Position numbers and translations under genes: made by a program. This document shows, piece after piece, positions 37,723 to 50,594 of a DNA stretch of 64,000 bases. The stretch covers positions 10,106,001-10,170,000 of the forward strand of contig NC_043023.1 of NCBI RefSeq assembly GCF_006345805.1, in the 5' to 3' direction. The first letter of the stretch is position 1, and the number at the start of each line of letters is the position of its first letter. The notes under the pieces were generated by a model, which saw nothing but the letters and a program-made list of their open reading frames with translations, did not search any database and was not told the origin of the DNA. This DNA is from Octopus sinensis. Taxonomy: Eukaryota.

Positions 37723-37994
37723 CGTATTTCAAAATAGAAAATTTCCCTTTAACAGGTAATTTTACATGCTAGAAATAGCAGGCAACACGGCCAAAAAACC
37801 ACAATTTTATAGCAAATTTCGAAGTAAATGAAAAATAAAAACCTTTACCTTGTTATATAACGGTTATACCATGGTATAACCACAATTTTATAGCAAATTT
37901 CGAAGTATAAAATTGTGGTTTTTTGGCCGTGTTGGCTGCTATTTCTAGCATGTAAAATTACCTGTTAAAGGGTAATTTTCTATTTTGAAATACG
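37723..37994. mobile_element. Foldback/MITE-like element, about 85-bp arms
   Basis: cgtatttcaaaatagaaaat..ccacaattttata against its reverse complement; internal 29-bp direct repeat. Confidence 0.7.
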
Positions 37995-38063
37995 AATATG
38001 TAGTCTATTGACTTTTTATACATGCTAGGTCACTGGTGGTGATATTTATAACGAGTATTCCCC

Positions 38064-38098
<35 letters not shown>

Positions 38099-38199
38099 AA
38101 GTTCAGCAACAATTAAGATTCAAATGAATATGGCATTTAATTTAGATGCACCAGAATATTTTATGGTGTTACCCATAAAAATATGCGGTGTGATTATAA

Positions 38200-38464
38200 T
38201 AAAAAATAAGAACGAATCCGGTAATTTAGTAAAATTGTTTCATGCTACAACATTTTATTAAAAGCTGTAAATATTACAGCAGATTTAAGATGCCAAGTAA
38301 TCTTCAGCTAATTTTATATTATATTATTGGAAAACCTATATGAAATTAGCTGAAGATTACTCGGCATCTTAAATCTGCTGTAATATTTACAGCTTTTAAT
38401 AAAATGTTTGTAGTATGAAACAATTGTACTAAATTACCGGATTCATTCTTGTTGCTTATTTTTG
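38200..38464. repeat. Inverted repeat (about 115-bp arms); each arm carries a hammerhead-like motif
   Basis: Arms about 38200-38316 and 38344-38464, a few mismatches. Confidence 0.92.
38343..38435 (+). ncRNA. Type I hammerhead-like motif (mirror copy on minus strand at 38223-38315)
   Basis: aaauuag-CUGAAGA (38350)-u-uacu..(hairpin gcuguaa/uuacagc)..agua-u-GAAA (38417)-CAAUUG-UA/cuaaauu; helix I pairs at 6 of 7 positions. Confidence 0.65.
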
Positions 38465-38466
38465 AG

Positions 38467-38525
<59 letters not shown>

Positions 38526-38784
38526 TACACTCTCGGAGTGGTTGGCGTTAGGAAGGGCATCCAGCTGTAGAAACACTGCCAGATCTGACTGGCCTGGTGC
38601 AGCCTTCGGGCTTGCCAGACCCCAGTTGAACCGTCCAACCCATGCTAGCATGGAAAGCGGACGTTAAACGATGATGATGATGATGATGATATATATGTGT
38701 GTGTGTGTGTGTATGCAAATACATACTTATATATATATACATACATATATATATATACATACATACATACATATATATATATAT

Positions 38785-38863
<79 letters not shown>

Positions 38864-38866
<3 letters not shown>

Positions 38867-41201
38867 CCCACAACATAGACTGGTAGTTAGTGACTTTAGG
38901 ATCAGGACTAAGAGGGCGACTAGAAGACGACCAACATGGAGAAGAAGGGTCTGGAAGCTTAAAGCCCCTGCGAATGGACAGAGATTTAGAGATATGTTAC
39001 TTGAAGCCTTTGACGAAGTGGAAGGGGGTATAGCTACACATGGGGTAGAAGACAACTGGACGTTTCTGAGGGACAACCTGCTGAAAGCCGCTGACCAGAT
39101 CTGTGGCTGGTGCAATGTCCCCTTAAGACCCAAAATAACGTGGTGGTGGAACAATATTGTTGACAGGGCTATTAGACAAAAGAAACAGGCTTGGAAGGCC
39201 TGGAAGAACGATGGTAGCAGGGAAGGGTATCAGACTGCCAGAAGGGAAGCTAGGAGACAGGTCTATCTAGCCAGAGGGGAAGCAGATAAGAGAAAATTTG
39301 CCAATGTCCTGCGCCGTGAGGATGAAAGACTTGAGGTATTTCGTGTTGCAAGACAGTGTGTGAGAGAGAATCGTGATGTGGTAGGAGAGAAATGTGTTCG
39401 CATGGAGGATGGTTCACTTGCGCTAAATGAGGATGCAAAGAGAGAAGCTTGGAGACGCCACTATGAAAGGTTACTGAATGAGGAAAATGAATGGGATAAA
39501 GAGAGTCTGCCGAATGTTGACCCTACAGAGGGACCAGCTATCCGAGTTGATAGTTCCGTGGTAGCTAAGGCAATTAGAAGCATGAAGACAGGGAAAGCCC
39601 CAGGCCCATCAGGAATTACTGCAGAGACGCTCAAAATATCTGGCAGTGTCGGCTATAACCTAGTCACCCGTATAGTCAACCAGGTGATACACGAAGGAGT
39701 CATACCCAATGACTGGTGCAGCAGCATACTAGTCAACTGCTACAAAGGTAAAGGTGATGCCCTAGATACAAATAATTACAGAGGTATCAAGCTGTTGGAT
39801 CAAGTAATGAAGGTTACGGAGAGGGTCATAGCCCAACTAATTAGAGAGAGAGTTAGTTTAGATGAGATGCAGTTTGGGTTCGTGCCAGGGAAAAGTACCA
39901 CTGATGCTATATTCCTGGTAAGGCAGCTGCAGGAGAAATACCTAGCCAAAGATAAGCCCCTGTACCTGGCTTTCGTTGACATGGAGAAAGCTTTTGATAG
40001 GGTCCCCCGATCCCTTATCTGGTGGTCAATGAGGAAACTAGGGATAGATGAATGGCTGGTGAGGACTGTGCAAGCCATGTACAGAGATGCCGTAAGTAAG
40101 GTTAGGGTTGGCAACATGTACACAGAAGAATTCAAAGTAGAGGTTGGGGTCCACCAAGGTTCAGTACTCAGCCCCCTCCTATTTATCATAGTACTCCAGG
40201 CAATTACGGAGGAATTCAAGACAGGCTGTCCCTGGGAGCTCCTCTACGCTGACGACCTTGCTCTTATTGCTGAGTCACTATCAGAACTGGAGGAGAAGTT
40301 CCAGGTGTGGAAGGAGGGTTTAGAATCAAGGGGCCTTAGAGTCAACCTAGCTAAAACCAAAGTACTAATAAGTAGAAAGGTAGACAATCCACAAATATCT
40401 TCAGGAAGATGGCCCTGCTCGATCTGTAGAAAAGGTGTAGGTAGAAACTCTATAAGATGTACCCAGTGTAAGCTATGGACACATAAGAGGTGCAGCAATG
40501 TCAAAGGTAGGCTAACTGGGAAGATAGTTTTTGTATGTGGCAGATGCTCGGGAGCATTAACCTCCGAAAATCTGCAGAAAACAACTTCCGTCACTTTCCA
40601 GGGGGAAAAACTAGAAGTAGTTGATAGCTTCCGTTATCTAGGTGACCAAGTCAGTAGTGGGGGTGGGTGCGCTGAAAGTGTAACTGCTAGAATAAGAATA
40701 GCCTGGGCAAAGTTTAGGGAGCTCTTACCTCTGCTGGTGACTAAAGGCCTCTCGCTCAGAGTAAAAGGCAGACTGTATGATGCGTGTGTACGAACAGCCA
40801 TGCTACATGGCAGCGAAACATGGGCTGTGACTGCTGAGGACATGCGTAAGCTCGTGAGGAATGAAGCCAGTATGCTCCGATGGATGTGTAATGTCAGTGT
40901 ACATACTCGACAGAGCGTTAGCACCTTGAGAGAAATGTTGTACCTAAGAAGCATCAGTTGTGGTGTGCAAGAGAGACGATTGCGCTGGTATGGTCATGTG
41001 GCGAGAATGGATGAAGATAGGTGTGTGAGAAAGTGCCAATCCCTAGCAGTTGAGGGAACCCGTGGAAGAGGTAGACCCAGGAAAACCTGGGACGAGGTGG
41101 TGAAGCACGACCTTCGAACTTTAGGCCTCACTGAGGAAATGACCAGAGACCGAGACCTTTGGAAATATTCTGTACGTGAGAAGACCAGGCAGGACAAGTG
41201 A
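38864..41201 (+). CDS. RTE ORF2 (partial): linker, RT, PHD-like C4HC3 insertion and C-terminus
   Basis: Stop-free frame; the ORF-track start at 38697 is only microsatellite read-through. Confidence 0.85.
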
Positions 41202-42025
41202 GCCCAGCCCACTTATGAATGCCTTTCCTCCCTTGGACACAAAGACCGGTTGAGGCAAGCGAAGTCGATATAGAACCTCATCCGACGACAGACACCCATC
41301 CCAACCCCCCATGCTTGCGAAGACATGTTGGGGCAAGCGAAATCGAAATCGAAATCGAAACCGAATTGAACCAGCCAGGTTCCCTGGCCTGGTGGTACGT
41401 AAAAAGCACTATCCGACTCGGGGCCGTGGCACGTAAAATACTCCAATGCGACCGTACGACAGGCACCCATGCCAACCCCCTTTGCTTGTGAAGACATGTT
41501 GGGGCAAGCGAAATCGAAATCGAATTGAACCAGCCAGGATCCCTGGTCTGGTGGTACGTAAAGCACTATCCGACTCGTGGCCGTGGCACGTAAAATACTC
41601 CAATGCGACCGTACGACAGGCACCCTTGCCAACCCCCTTTGCTTGTGAAGACATGTTGGGGCAAGCGAAATCGAAATCGAATTGAACCAGCCAGGATCCC
41701 TGGTCTGGTGGTACGTAAAAAGCACTATCCGACTCGTGGCCGATGCCAGCACCGCCTCGACTGGCTTCCGTGCTGGTGGCACATAAAATACACCAATCTG
41801 ACCGTGGCCGTTGCCAGCCCCGCCTGGCACCTGTGCAGGTGGCACGTAAAAAGCACCCACTACACTCACGGAGTGGTTGGCGTTAGGAAGGGCATCCAGC
41901 TGTAGAAACATTGCCAAATTAGACTGGAGCCTGGTGCAGCCTTCTGGCTTCCCAGAACCCCGGTCGAACCGTCCAACCCATGCTAGCATGGAGAACGGAC
42001 GTTAAACGACGATGATGATGATGAT
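38864..42025 (+). mobile_element. 5'-truncated RTE-clade LINE with an uninterrupted RT ORF, repetitive 3' UTR and (GAT)n tail
   Basis: Starts at the end of the APE domain (QHRLVVSDF). [59 protein letters not shown]; stop at 41201. Confidence 0.93.
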
Positions 42026-42337
42026 GACATACACATATATATATATATATATACATACACATATATATATACATACATACACATATACATATATATATAT
42101 ACATACACATATATATATATACATACACATATATATATATATACATACACATATATATATATATCCATACACATATATATATACATACACATATATATAT
42201 ACATACACATATATATATATACATACACATATATATATATATATACATACACATATATATATATATACATACACACATATATATATACATACACATATAT
42301 ATATATACATACATATATATATATACATACACACACA

Positions 42338-42377
<40 letters not shown>

Positions 42378-43746
42378 CATACACATATATATATATATAC
42401 ATACACACATATATATATACATACACATATATATATATACATACATATATATATATACATACACACACATATATATATATATATGTATGTATGTATGTAT
42501 TTGCATACACACACACAGACACATACATATATATGTACAGCACATGGCATGAACTGTAAACTGGTTAGCATTAGGAGAATACACCCAAAGAAACCCAAAC
42601 AAATCAGATTGGAAACCTAGTGCAGCATTATGGTTTGCCAGCTCATGTCACACTGCCCCTGCCATGCATATAAAAAAATTTCCGCTAAAGGATGATAATG
42701 ATGAAAACACAACACTGACAAAATCAATGTCAATTTAATTTTTTATTCATTATTCCCATTTCTTTATTCTCTCGTAATAAATTCCTCAAAAATCCAGCAC
42801 AATCCTCTTCAGAAATCAAAGTCCTTGTTGAGTTGATATATTTACATATACACGATATTCAGGTTCATGTTCATGAAATTGAAGTTGACAATGTCAAACG
42901 TGAAGAGATAAAAAAACATCTTTTAGCAGAAAACATAGTCACAATTAAAAAGAAATAGAAATATTAAATTTCTAAATATCTCAGAGAGACAGATATTCTG
43001 AGACAGTATACAACTGCTCTATCGTTCCACCACTGCTTATATCTCTCTGAGATTCTCTTTACTCTTTTACTTGTTTCAGTTATTTGACTGTGGTCATGCT
43101 GGAGCACTGCCTTTAGTCGAGCAAATCGACCCCAGGACTTATTCTTTGTAAGCATAGTACTTATTCTATCGGTCTCTTTTGCTGAACTGCTAAGTTACGG
43201 AGGACATAAACACACCAGCATTGGTTGTCAAGCAATGCTAGGGGGACAAACACACACATGTATATATATGACGGGCTTCTTTTCAGTGTGCATCTACCAA
43301 ATCCACTCACAAGGCTTTGCTCAGCCCGAGGCTATAGTAGAAGACACTTACCCAAGGTGCGGAGTTTATGATTCTGTGTGTGTGTGTGTTCTTGATAATC
43401 GTTTAGAACAGGTAGTTTTACACCAAATACCCTATTTTTTTCTTAGTTTAGAGGCCGTGGACTGAAAATGTGAAATTTCTGAGGCCTCTCCCCCTCCCCC
43501 CTTTCGCGAGCGCGCATTTTTATTCGTTTAGAGCAAGTTGTTTTACACCTATTACACATAATTTTTTTTGTTTTTTTTTTTTACCGGGTTTAACGCTTTA
43601 GTTTAACCAATGGTTTTCGCCCACAATTCCTACCTTCTCGGAATCTATATCGTCTGAGGTATATTTGTAGAAAATTTCATTTAAAAATATAACATCTATT
43701 TTCTTGAAAGTTAAGGAGAATTCAAGTTGACGCTGCTGAATTTTCC

Positions 43747-43817
<71 letters not shown>

Positions 43818-43831
43818 TATATAATATAAAT

Positions 43832-43862
<31 letters not shown>

Positions 43863-43931
43863 AATATATATATAAATATATATATATAAATATATATATA
43901 TATAAATTATATATATATAAATATATATATA

Positions 43932-43986
<55 letters not shown>

Positions 43987-43988
43987 AG

Positions 43989-44038
<50 letters not shown>

Positions 44039-44040
44039 AG

Positions 44041-44099
<59 letters not shown>

Positions 44100-44109
44100 A
44101 TATATATAT

Positions 44110-44188
<79 letters not shown>

Positions 44189-44215
44189 AATACTATATAT
44201 ATACTATATATATAT

Positions 44216-45060
44216 GGGCACTTTTCTACAAGCGTGGTCCCAGTGCTAGCTAGTCGTGACTAGTCGATCTTACAAAGACTACGTAACGCGAGTGCGTGAC
44301 TAAAAATCACACTCGCATTCACTAGACATGTATGAGGTTTTTTAACAAATAATTTTTTTTAAACAAAGAAAATAAAACACAAAGTAAGTAATTTCTTTTG
44401 TTGAGTCTTTTATTTACTTTGTTTTAGACAAAACCCATTTTATTTGATATATATTCAGCCATTATATACATATATTATTATGCGCGCATCTGTTAATTTG
44501 CATACTAGTGCTAGGTAGTCGTTGAAGGATCGACCAGTCACAACAGACTAGCACGAGTGCGCGCACCAGGACCATTCTTTTTGAGTAGTACCTTTGGTAG
44601 AGTATGGAGGACTGGTTATGTGGTCATGCTGCCTCTAATTTTTATTTCATCCCCCTGCAATGCTTCTAGATGTCTCACCAACGTATGTAATGTTCTTGTC
44701 TTTACAAGCACCCCACAAGAAAATCTCTGTCTGGGTAGGGGCGAATTATATCCATTCTACCCGGACACAACCCGTGAGGTGTTCAGAGGATTTGCAGCTA
44801 TTGATTCTACTGAGGAGATCCTCCCTGCTCACAAAGATGTGTGTCGCAATTTCTGTGAGTGGTCGTAACCCCTGCGAGAGGAAGGAGAATAATTACCATT
44901 GTCCCTTTTATTTAATGAAGGACTCATGAAATTGTAAGATGTATTTGGAGTCAGGATTTTGCTCCATGAGCCGACTCTAATTTTTGGGGTTTATAAAATA
45001 TTAATGTTGATGATAATAATAATAATAATGATTTTTCATTTTGTATTTTTAAGTACAAAA
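44216..45060 (+). repeat. About 850-bp dispersed repeat, second copy at 50622-51471
   Basis: Colinear and highly similar by eye; both follow (TA)n; imperfect inverted repeats at about 44235-44280 and 44525-44575. Confidence 0.9.
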
Positions 45061-45958
45061 CGCGAATTAAAACACCGCCCTCTGGTTTTGTAAACAAAGG
45101 CAGTGTGATTTTGGCGTACGTGACTTTTTAAGCGAACATGGTTTTAAAAAGTAGTACTGCCACATTATGTTAGTAAATAAACTTTACTCTCTCTCTAACT
45201 TTATGTGTGTGTGTGTGTGTGTATGTATATATATATTTTTTTATTTTTATTTTTACTCGTTTCAGCCGTGCGGCTGTAGTCATACGTGTGTTCAAATGAT
45301 GCTTATTTTATCAATTTCGGAAAGATGAAAGAAAAAGTCAACCTCGTCGGAATTTGGAATCAGAACGTAAAGACGGACAAAACACCGCTAAGCACTTTGT
45401 CCGGCATGCTAACGATTCTGCCAGCTCACCGCTTTTTTGTGTCCATTAACATCAGTGACTTCAAGAAATCCAATTATTGCGACTCATTCTATTACAAATA
45501 ATAGCAATAAAAACAACCTCAGTTGCCAAGCCGCGGCCAAATAGCAGCCAAATCTCCCTCAAATATAACCAAATGATATATGGATCACAAGTATATTGGC
45601 GCATAGGCGCAGGCACGGATGTATGGGAAGAAGTGTTCTTCTCAGCCATATGGTTCCGGGTTCAATTCATAGGACCTTGGGCAAGTGTCTTCCACTGTAG
45701 CCACGGACTGACCAAAGCTTTGTGAGTGGATTTGGTAGATGGAAACTGAAAGGAAGCTTGTTGCGTGTATACATATGTGTGTGTATGTGTGTGTGTGTAT
45801 GTGTGTGTGTGTATGTTTGTGTGTGTGTGTATGTATGTATATATATATATATATATATAAAGTTAATCCAAACAAGAAAGCACAAAAAAAAACACAACAA
45901 CGCGAGGACGTGGAACAAATATAATATTATTGGACGCTCAGGAAAGAAGGAAAGGAGG

Positions 45959-45993
45959 GTTTAACCTTTCGAGCGGAGCTCTTCGTCGGAAAC
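45959..45993 (-). ncRNA. Minimal hammerhead-like motif with a variant core, in a Penelope-like terminus (about 45890-46070)
   Basis: Reverse complement: guuu-CCGACGA-a-GAGC-ucc-GCUC-GAAA-GG-UU/aaac; U4->C and helix III mismatch. Confidence 0.45.
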
Positions 45994-46479
45994 ATAGGAG
46001 AAGGAAAGATCCAGAGAAGGGAAGACACAGGAAAAAAATCGCCAACGGTACACACGAGGTCACATTTTGATATATATATATATATGCACGTGTATCTTTC
46101 TGTCGGTTCGTCCCCGGCGTTGCTTTCTTTACATCCATGTAACTTAGCGGTTGAATAATTTACCAGGCTGTAAAAAATAAGTGAATTCATTCGACTAGAA
46201 TTTCTTGAAGGTGGTGCCCCAGCATGGACGCAGTCTAATGTCAAAATATACAAAAGATACATAAAACACAAGTCATTCAGATGAATAAATATATTAAAGG
46301 AATTTTTTTTAAATTACGAAAATTGCTAAACAAATATTTTCAGTGTTGATATGCATATGTGTGCGGCAGTAACTGCGTGTATGTATGTTGGTGCCAGTTG
46401 GTTACTGTGTGTGTGTGTGTGTGCAGACGGAGTGGGAATGTGTGTGTGTATCTCTCCCTCTCTTTGTCACTTTGTCTCT

Positions 46480-47330
46480 CTGCGATGCATCCAAGACTTT
46501 TGGTCTTACCGTCAATATCAAGAAAACTGAGCTTCTGTATATTTTGATGGAAAAACATTAAAAACTGTTTCCCCTTTCACTCGTCTTCGATCCATCGTGT
46601 CCAATAATGCGAAAATGGATCAAGAAATCGATTCCAGAATCGGGAAATCACAGGCTATGAAACAACCACAAGGTATCGTAAATGGTGAATGTTAATGTAA
46701 GACGGTTGTCTTGACAACATTGCTTTATGGTGCTGAATCTTGGACTTTGTACCAAAAGCACATCAACCAGCTTGACGCTTTTCATATGCGATGCGTGCAC
46801 ACTACCTCCAACATGAAACCGAGTGACGATATTCCTAACAGTGAGGTACGATCAGAATGCAACATATACGGTATTAAAGTCATCCTCATCAAAATACAGT
46901 TTAGATAGTCAGGTCATCTCTCACGTATTCCGAAGCAACTTCTCTTTGGCCAATTCCTGTCAGGAAAGTCAGTTGGAAGGCCATTCCTGCGCTTCAAAGA
47001 CAAACTAAAAGACAATCTGAAACGATGCAATGTTCCCTTTTCTTCTTCCTGGGAAACCAAAGCACCACATCGCAAGGACCTAGCACTAGTCCTGCTTCTT
47101 CTAAGGTTTGAGAAAAATCGACTCCAACACCGGGAACAACTTCGTGCAAGCATGAAGGAACGCTGGCAAAATACTGCTCCTCTAAATAGAAATCTTAGCG
47201 TCATTGTGGTTTTGTGGCACGAAGCAAAGCAGGCTTTATTGTCCACTCGAGAAAACACATAGTAAATGATCCAGAAGCACTGAAACAAAGTGAGCACTCA
47301 ACTTGTTTTATTTGCAAAAGATTTGCAAGA
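46480..47330 (+). pseudogene. Degenerate RTE (BovB-like) LINE 3' half
   Basis: ASKTFGLTVNIKKTE; TTLLYGAESWTLYQKHINQLDAFHMRC; frameshifts and stops. Confidence 0.75.
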
Positions 47331-47437
47331 CACCAGGGGGCATCAAGAGACACATTCCCATCCAAAGAACATGGTTCACGGTTTATTTTACTAAACCTCA
47401 TTTGTCGTTCACGACAAGATATCATCTTGTGTGTATA

Positions 47438-47495
<58 letters not shown>

Positions 47496-47519
47496 AATAC
47501 ATGCATACATATATACATA

Positions 47520-47615
<96 letters not shown>

Positions 47616-47640
47616 ATATGTACATACATACATATATACA

Positions 47641-47743
<103 letters not shown>

Positions 47744-48593
47744 ATATATATATATGTATATACATATATATATATACATACATACATATATACATATATA
47801 TATATATGTATGTATACATGTATTTATGTATATATGTATGTATGTATATATGTATATATATATGTATATATATGTATATATATATATATATATAATCACA
47901 CACACTTACGTGCGCAAACATGCGCACTCACACACATACACACGCGCTCGCAGACACCAGATACGCACACACGCACACACACATATTTCCATATCTGTGA
48001 CTTGTGTTTGTCCCAAGTCACTGCTTCATTTTCGGTTTCGGCTGTTAACGTCATCGTAACTTAGCAATTCGACAAAAGGAGAACGAGGGAATGAGTAGTA
48101 GTCTGAAGAGAGATAAGCCCGGCCGTCGATGAGTGTGAGTAAACCTGTTGATGTGGTGCTCCAGCATGGCGGTCGGCCAAGAATTGAAACACGTAAACGT
48201 CGGACGATAAAATCTATTTTGTAGGTAAATTGTGTCAAGGGAGAGAACTCTTAAATATAAACCATTTATACTTGAGAGTAGTCTCCCTTGACAGGTTGAA
48301 TTCAGAAAATTGCAGTCAAACGGTTTCTAGGCATGGTTAAAGGGAGACAACTCCCGTGAAATATATTTGTGAGTAATCTCCCTTAACACCAATCTTTACG
48401 CCAGCGTTATAGCGCAGGGGATGAGAGATGGAGATGGAGAGAGACAGACAGACAAACAGTCGGACAGACACGTAAATCGGTGAGTGAAGGATAGACACAT
48501 ATTCTGTGTCATTCCATAAATAATGCGGGTTTTTTAAAAATTTATTTTTCAAAATGTAGATAGGCAGTGTTTTTTCTTTAATCTAAAATTTTC

Positions 48594-48654
<61 letters not shown>

Positions 48655-48729
48655 ATAAGTATATATATATGTGCGTGTCTGTATATATATGTGTGTGTGT
48701 GTGTGTATATATATATTTATATATATATG

Positions 48730-48755
48730 TATATGTATACACTCACACATACACA

Positions 48756-48817
<62 letters not shown>

Positions 48818-49020
48818 GGAGTAAACACAGAAATGTGAAACAAGGTAGAAAAAAGAGTACTCAAATACCAGTGGTAGAGTAATATGCTTTATTTAAAGCA
48901 GCAGAAAATTCAACAAAACCTATTACTCTGAGTTTCTCGTTCCCGTTCGTATGTATGTATGTGTGTATGTATCTATGTATGTATGTATATATATGCATAC
49001 ATACATTCATATATACATAT

Positions 49021-49072
<52 letters not shown>

Positions 49073-49323
49073 ATACATGAATGTATGTATGTATGCATAT
49101 ATATACATGCATACATACATACATACACACATACATACGAACGGGAACGAGAAACTCAGAGTAACAAGTTTTGTTGAATTTTCTGCTGCTTTAAATAAAG
49201 CATATTACTCTACCACTGGTATTTGAGTACTCTTTTTCTACCTTGTTTCACATTTCTGTGTTTACTCCGGGATATATATATATATATATATATATATGCG
49301 TGTGTATGTGTGAGTGTGTACAT

Positions 49324-49335
<12 letters not shown>
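48730..49335. repeat. Long imperfect palindrome (unique arms 48816-48950 and 49136-49272, plus mirrored microsatellites)
   Basis: cccggagtaaacacagaaatg..cccgttcg against its reverse complement; about 3 differences in the unique arm. Confidence 0.9.
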
Positions 49336-49384
<49 letters not shown>

Positions 49385-49385
<1 letters not shown>

Positions 49386-50594
49386 GGGTGTCTAGGCCAT
49401 AGCCCACATAACCAGCTGTTTTAAGCATCTCAGCAGTGATACCTGATGGGCCGGGGGCTTTACCTTGTTTCATACCCTTAATTGCCTTAACTACAAGGGA
49501 GCTGTCTATTTGGATAGCTGGTCCCTCTACTGGGTCGACATTTGGCAGGCTCTTCTCCTCCCAGTCATTCTACACATTCAGCAGTCTTTCATAATGGCTT
49601 CTCCAAGCCTCTTTCTTTTCACCAACATTAAAAGCAAGTGCCCCATCATCCATGCGGACACATTTCTCTCCTGTAACATCACTATTTTCTCTCACACACT
49701 GTCTAGCAATCCGAAATACCTCAGTTCTTTGGTCCTCACGTCGCTGGACATTGGCAAACTTCTTTTCTGCTATATCTTTGGCTATGTATACCTACCGCCC
49801 GGCCTCCCTTTTGGATACTTGGTACAGTTCCCTGCTACCCCCATTCCTCCAGGCTCTCCAGGCCTGTTTCTTTGCACTAATGGCTTTGTCTACTGCACTA
49901 TTCCACCACCACGTAATTCTAGGTCTGGAAGGGACTTTGCACCATCCACAGACTTGGTCTGTGGCATTCAGCAAGCTGTCCCGTAGGAATTTCCAGCTAC
50001 CTTCTATGTCCGACGTCTGTAGCTCGTCCTCCCTCCCATCAAATTTCTTGATGAGGATCTCCCTAAATCTCTGACCATGTGAAGGGTTCTTTAGCTTCCA
50101 AATCCTTCTTTTCTGGATTGGTTTGTTTCTTGAAGTCCTTCTGGCCTCAAGCTTAAAGTCACTGATGATTAGTCTATGCTGAGAGATACATTCTTCACCC
50201 GGGAGGGTCTTTGTATTCAAGAGCGAACCTGCATCCCGCTGTCTGGTGAAGATGAAGTCTATTTGGCTAGTGGAGTCTCCTGACTGATAGGTTATAAGGT
50301 GGCAGTCAGGCTTCTTGAAGTTAGTGCTGCAGATTAAAAGGTTACATGCATCACAGAATTCCAGTAGTCTAGTTCCCTCATCATTTCTGGTGCCAATACC
50401 ATGGCCACCGTGTACCCCAGTGAAGATACCCGATTCCCGCCCAACATGCCCATTAAAGTCTCCACCCACAAAGATGAAGTCCTTGCTACTAGTCTTTGAG
50501 GTAGCCTGTAGAAGGGTATCATAAATGTGGTCCTTCTGATCATTTGGTCGCCCCACATGTGGGGCATAGGCGGTGATAATCGTAGCTGTGCCAC
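49385..50594 (-). mobile_element. Internal RTE fragment (APE to pre-RT) truncated at both ends
   Basis: AYAPHVG, GGDFNGHVG, SQIDFI, QHRLIISDF, KAPGPSG; in-frame stops; (TA)n on both sides. Confidence 0.88.

Noticed and set aside
38697-38863. N-terminal 55 aa of the 834-aa ORF
   Set aside because: Microsatellite read-through in frame with the truncated RTE ORF.
41213-41989. Overlapping 80-260 aa ORFs in the RTE 3' UTR (and in the copy at 683-1112)
   Set aside because: GC-richer repetitive UTR gives open frames on both strands, and the frames are not conserved between copies.
44920-44945. aatgaaggactcatgaaattgta as a possible further hammerhead
   Set aside because: There is no CUGA core and no helix III palindrome in either copy of the repeat.
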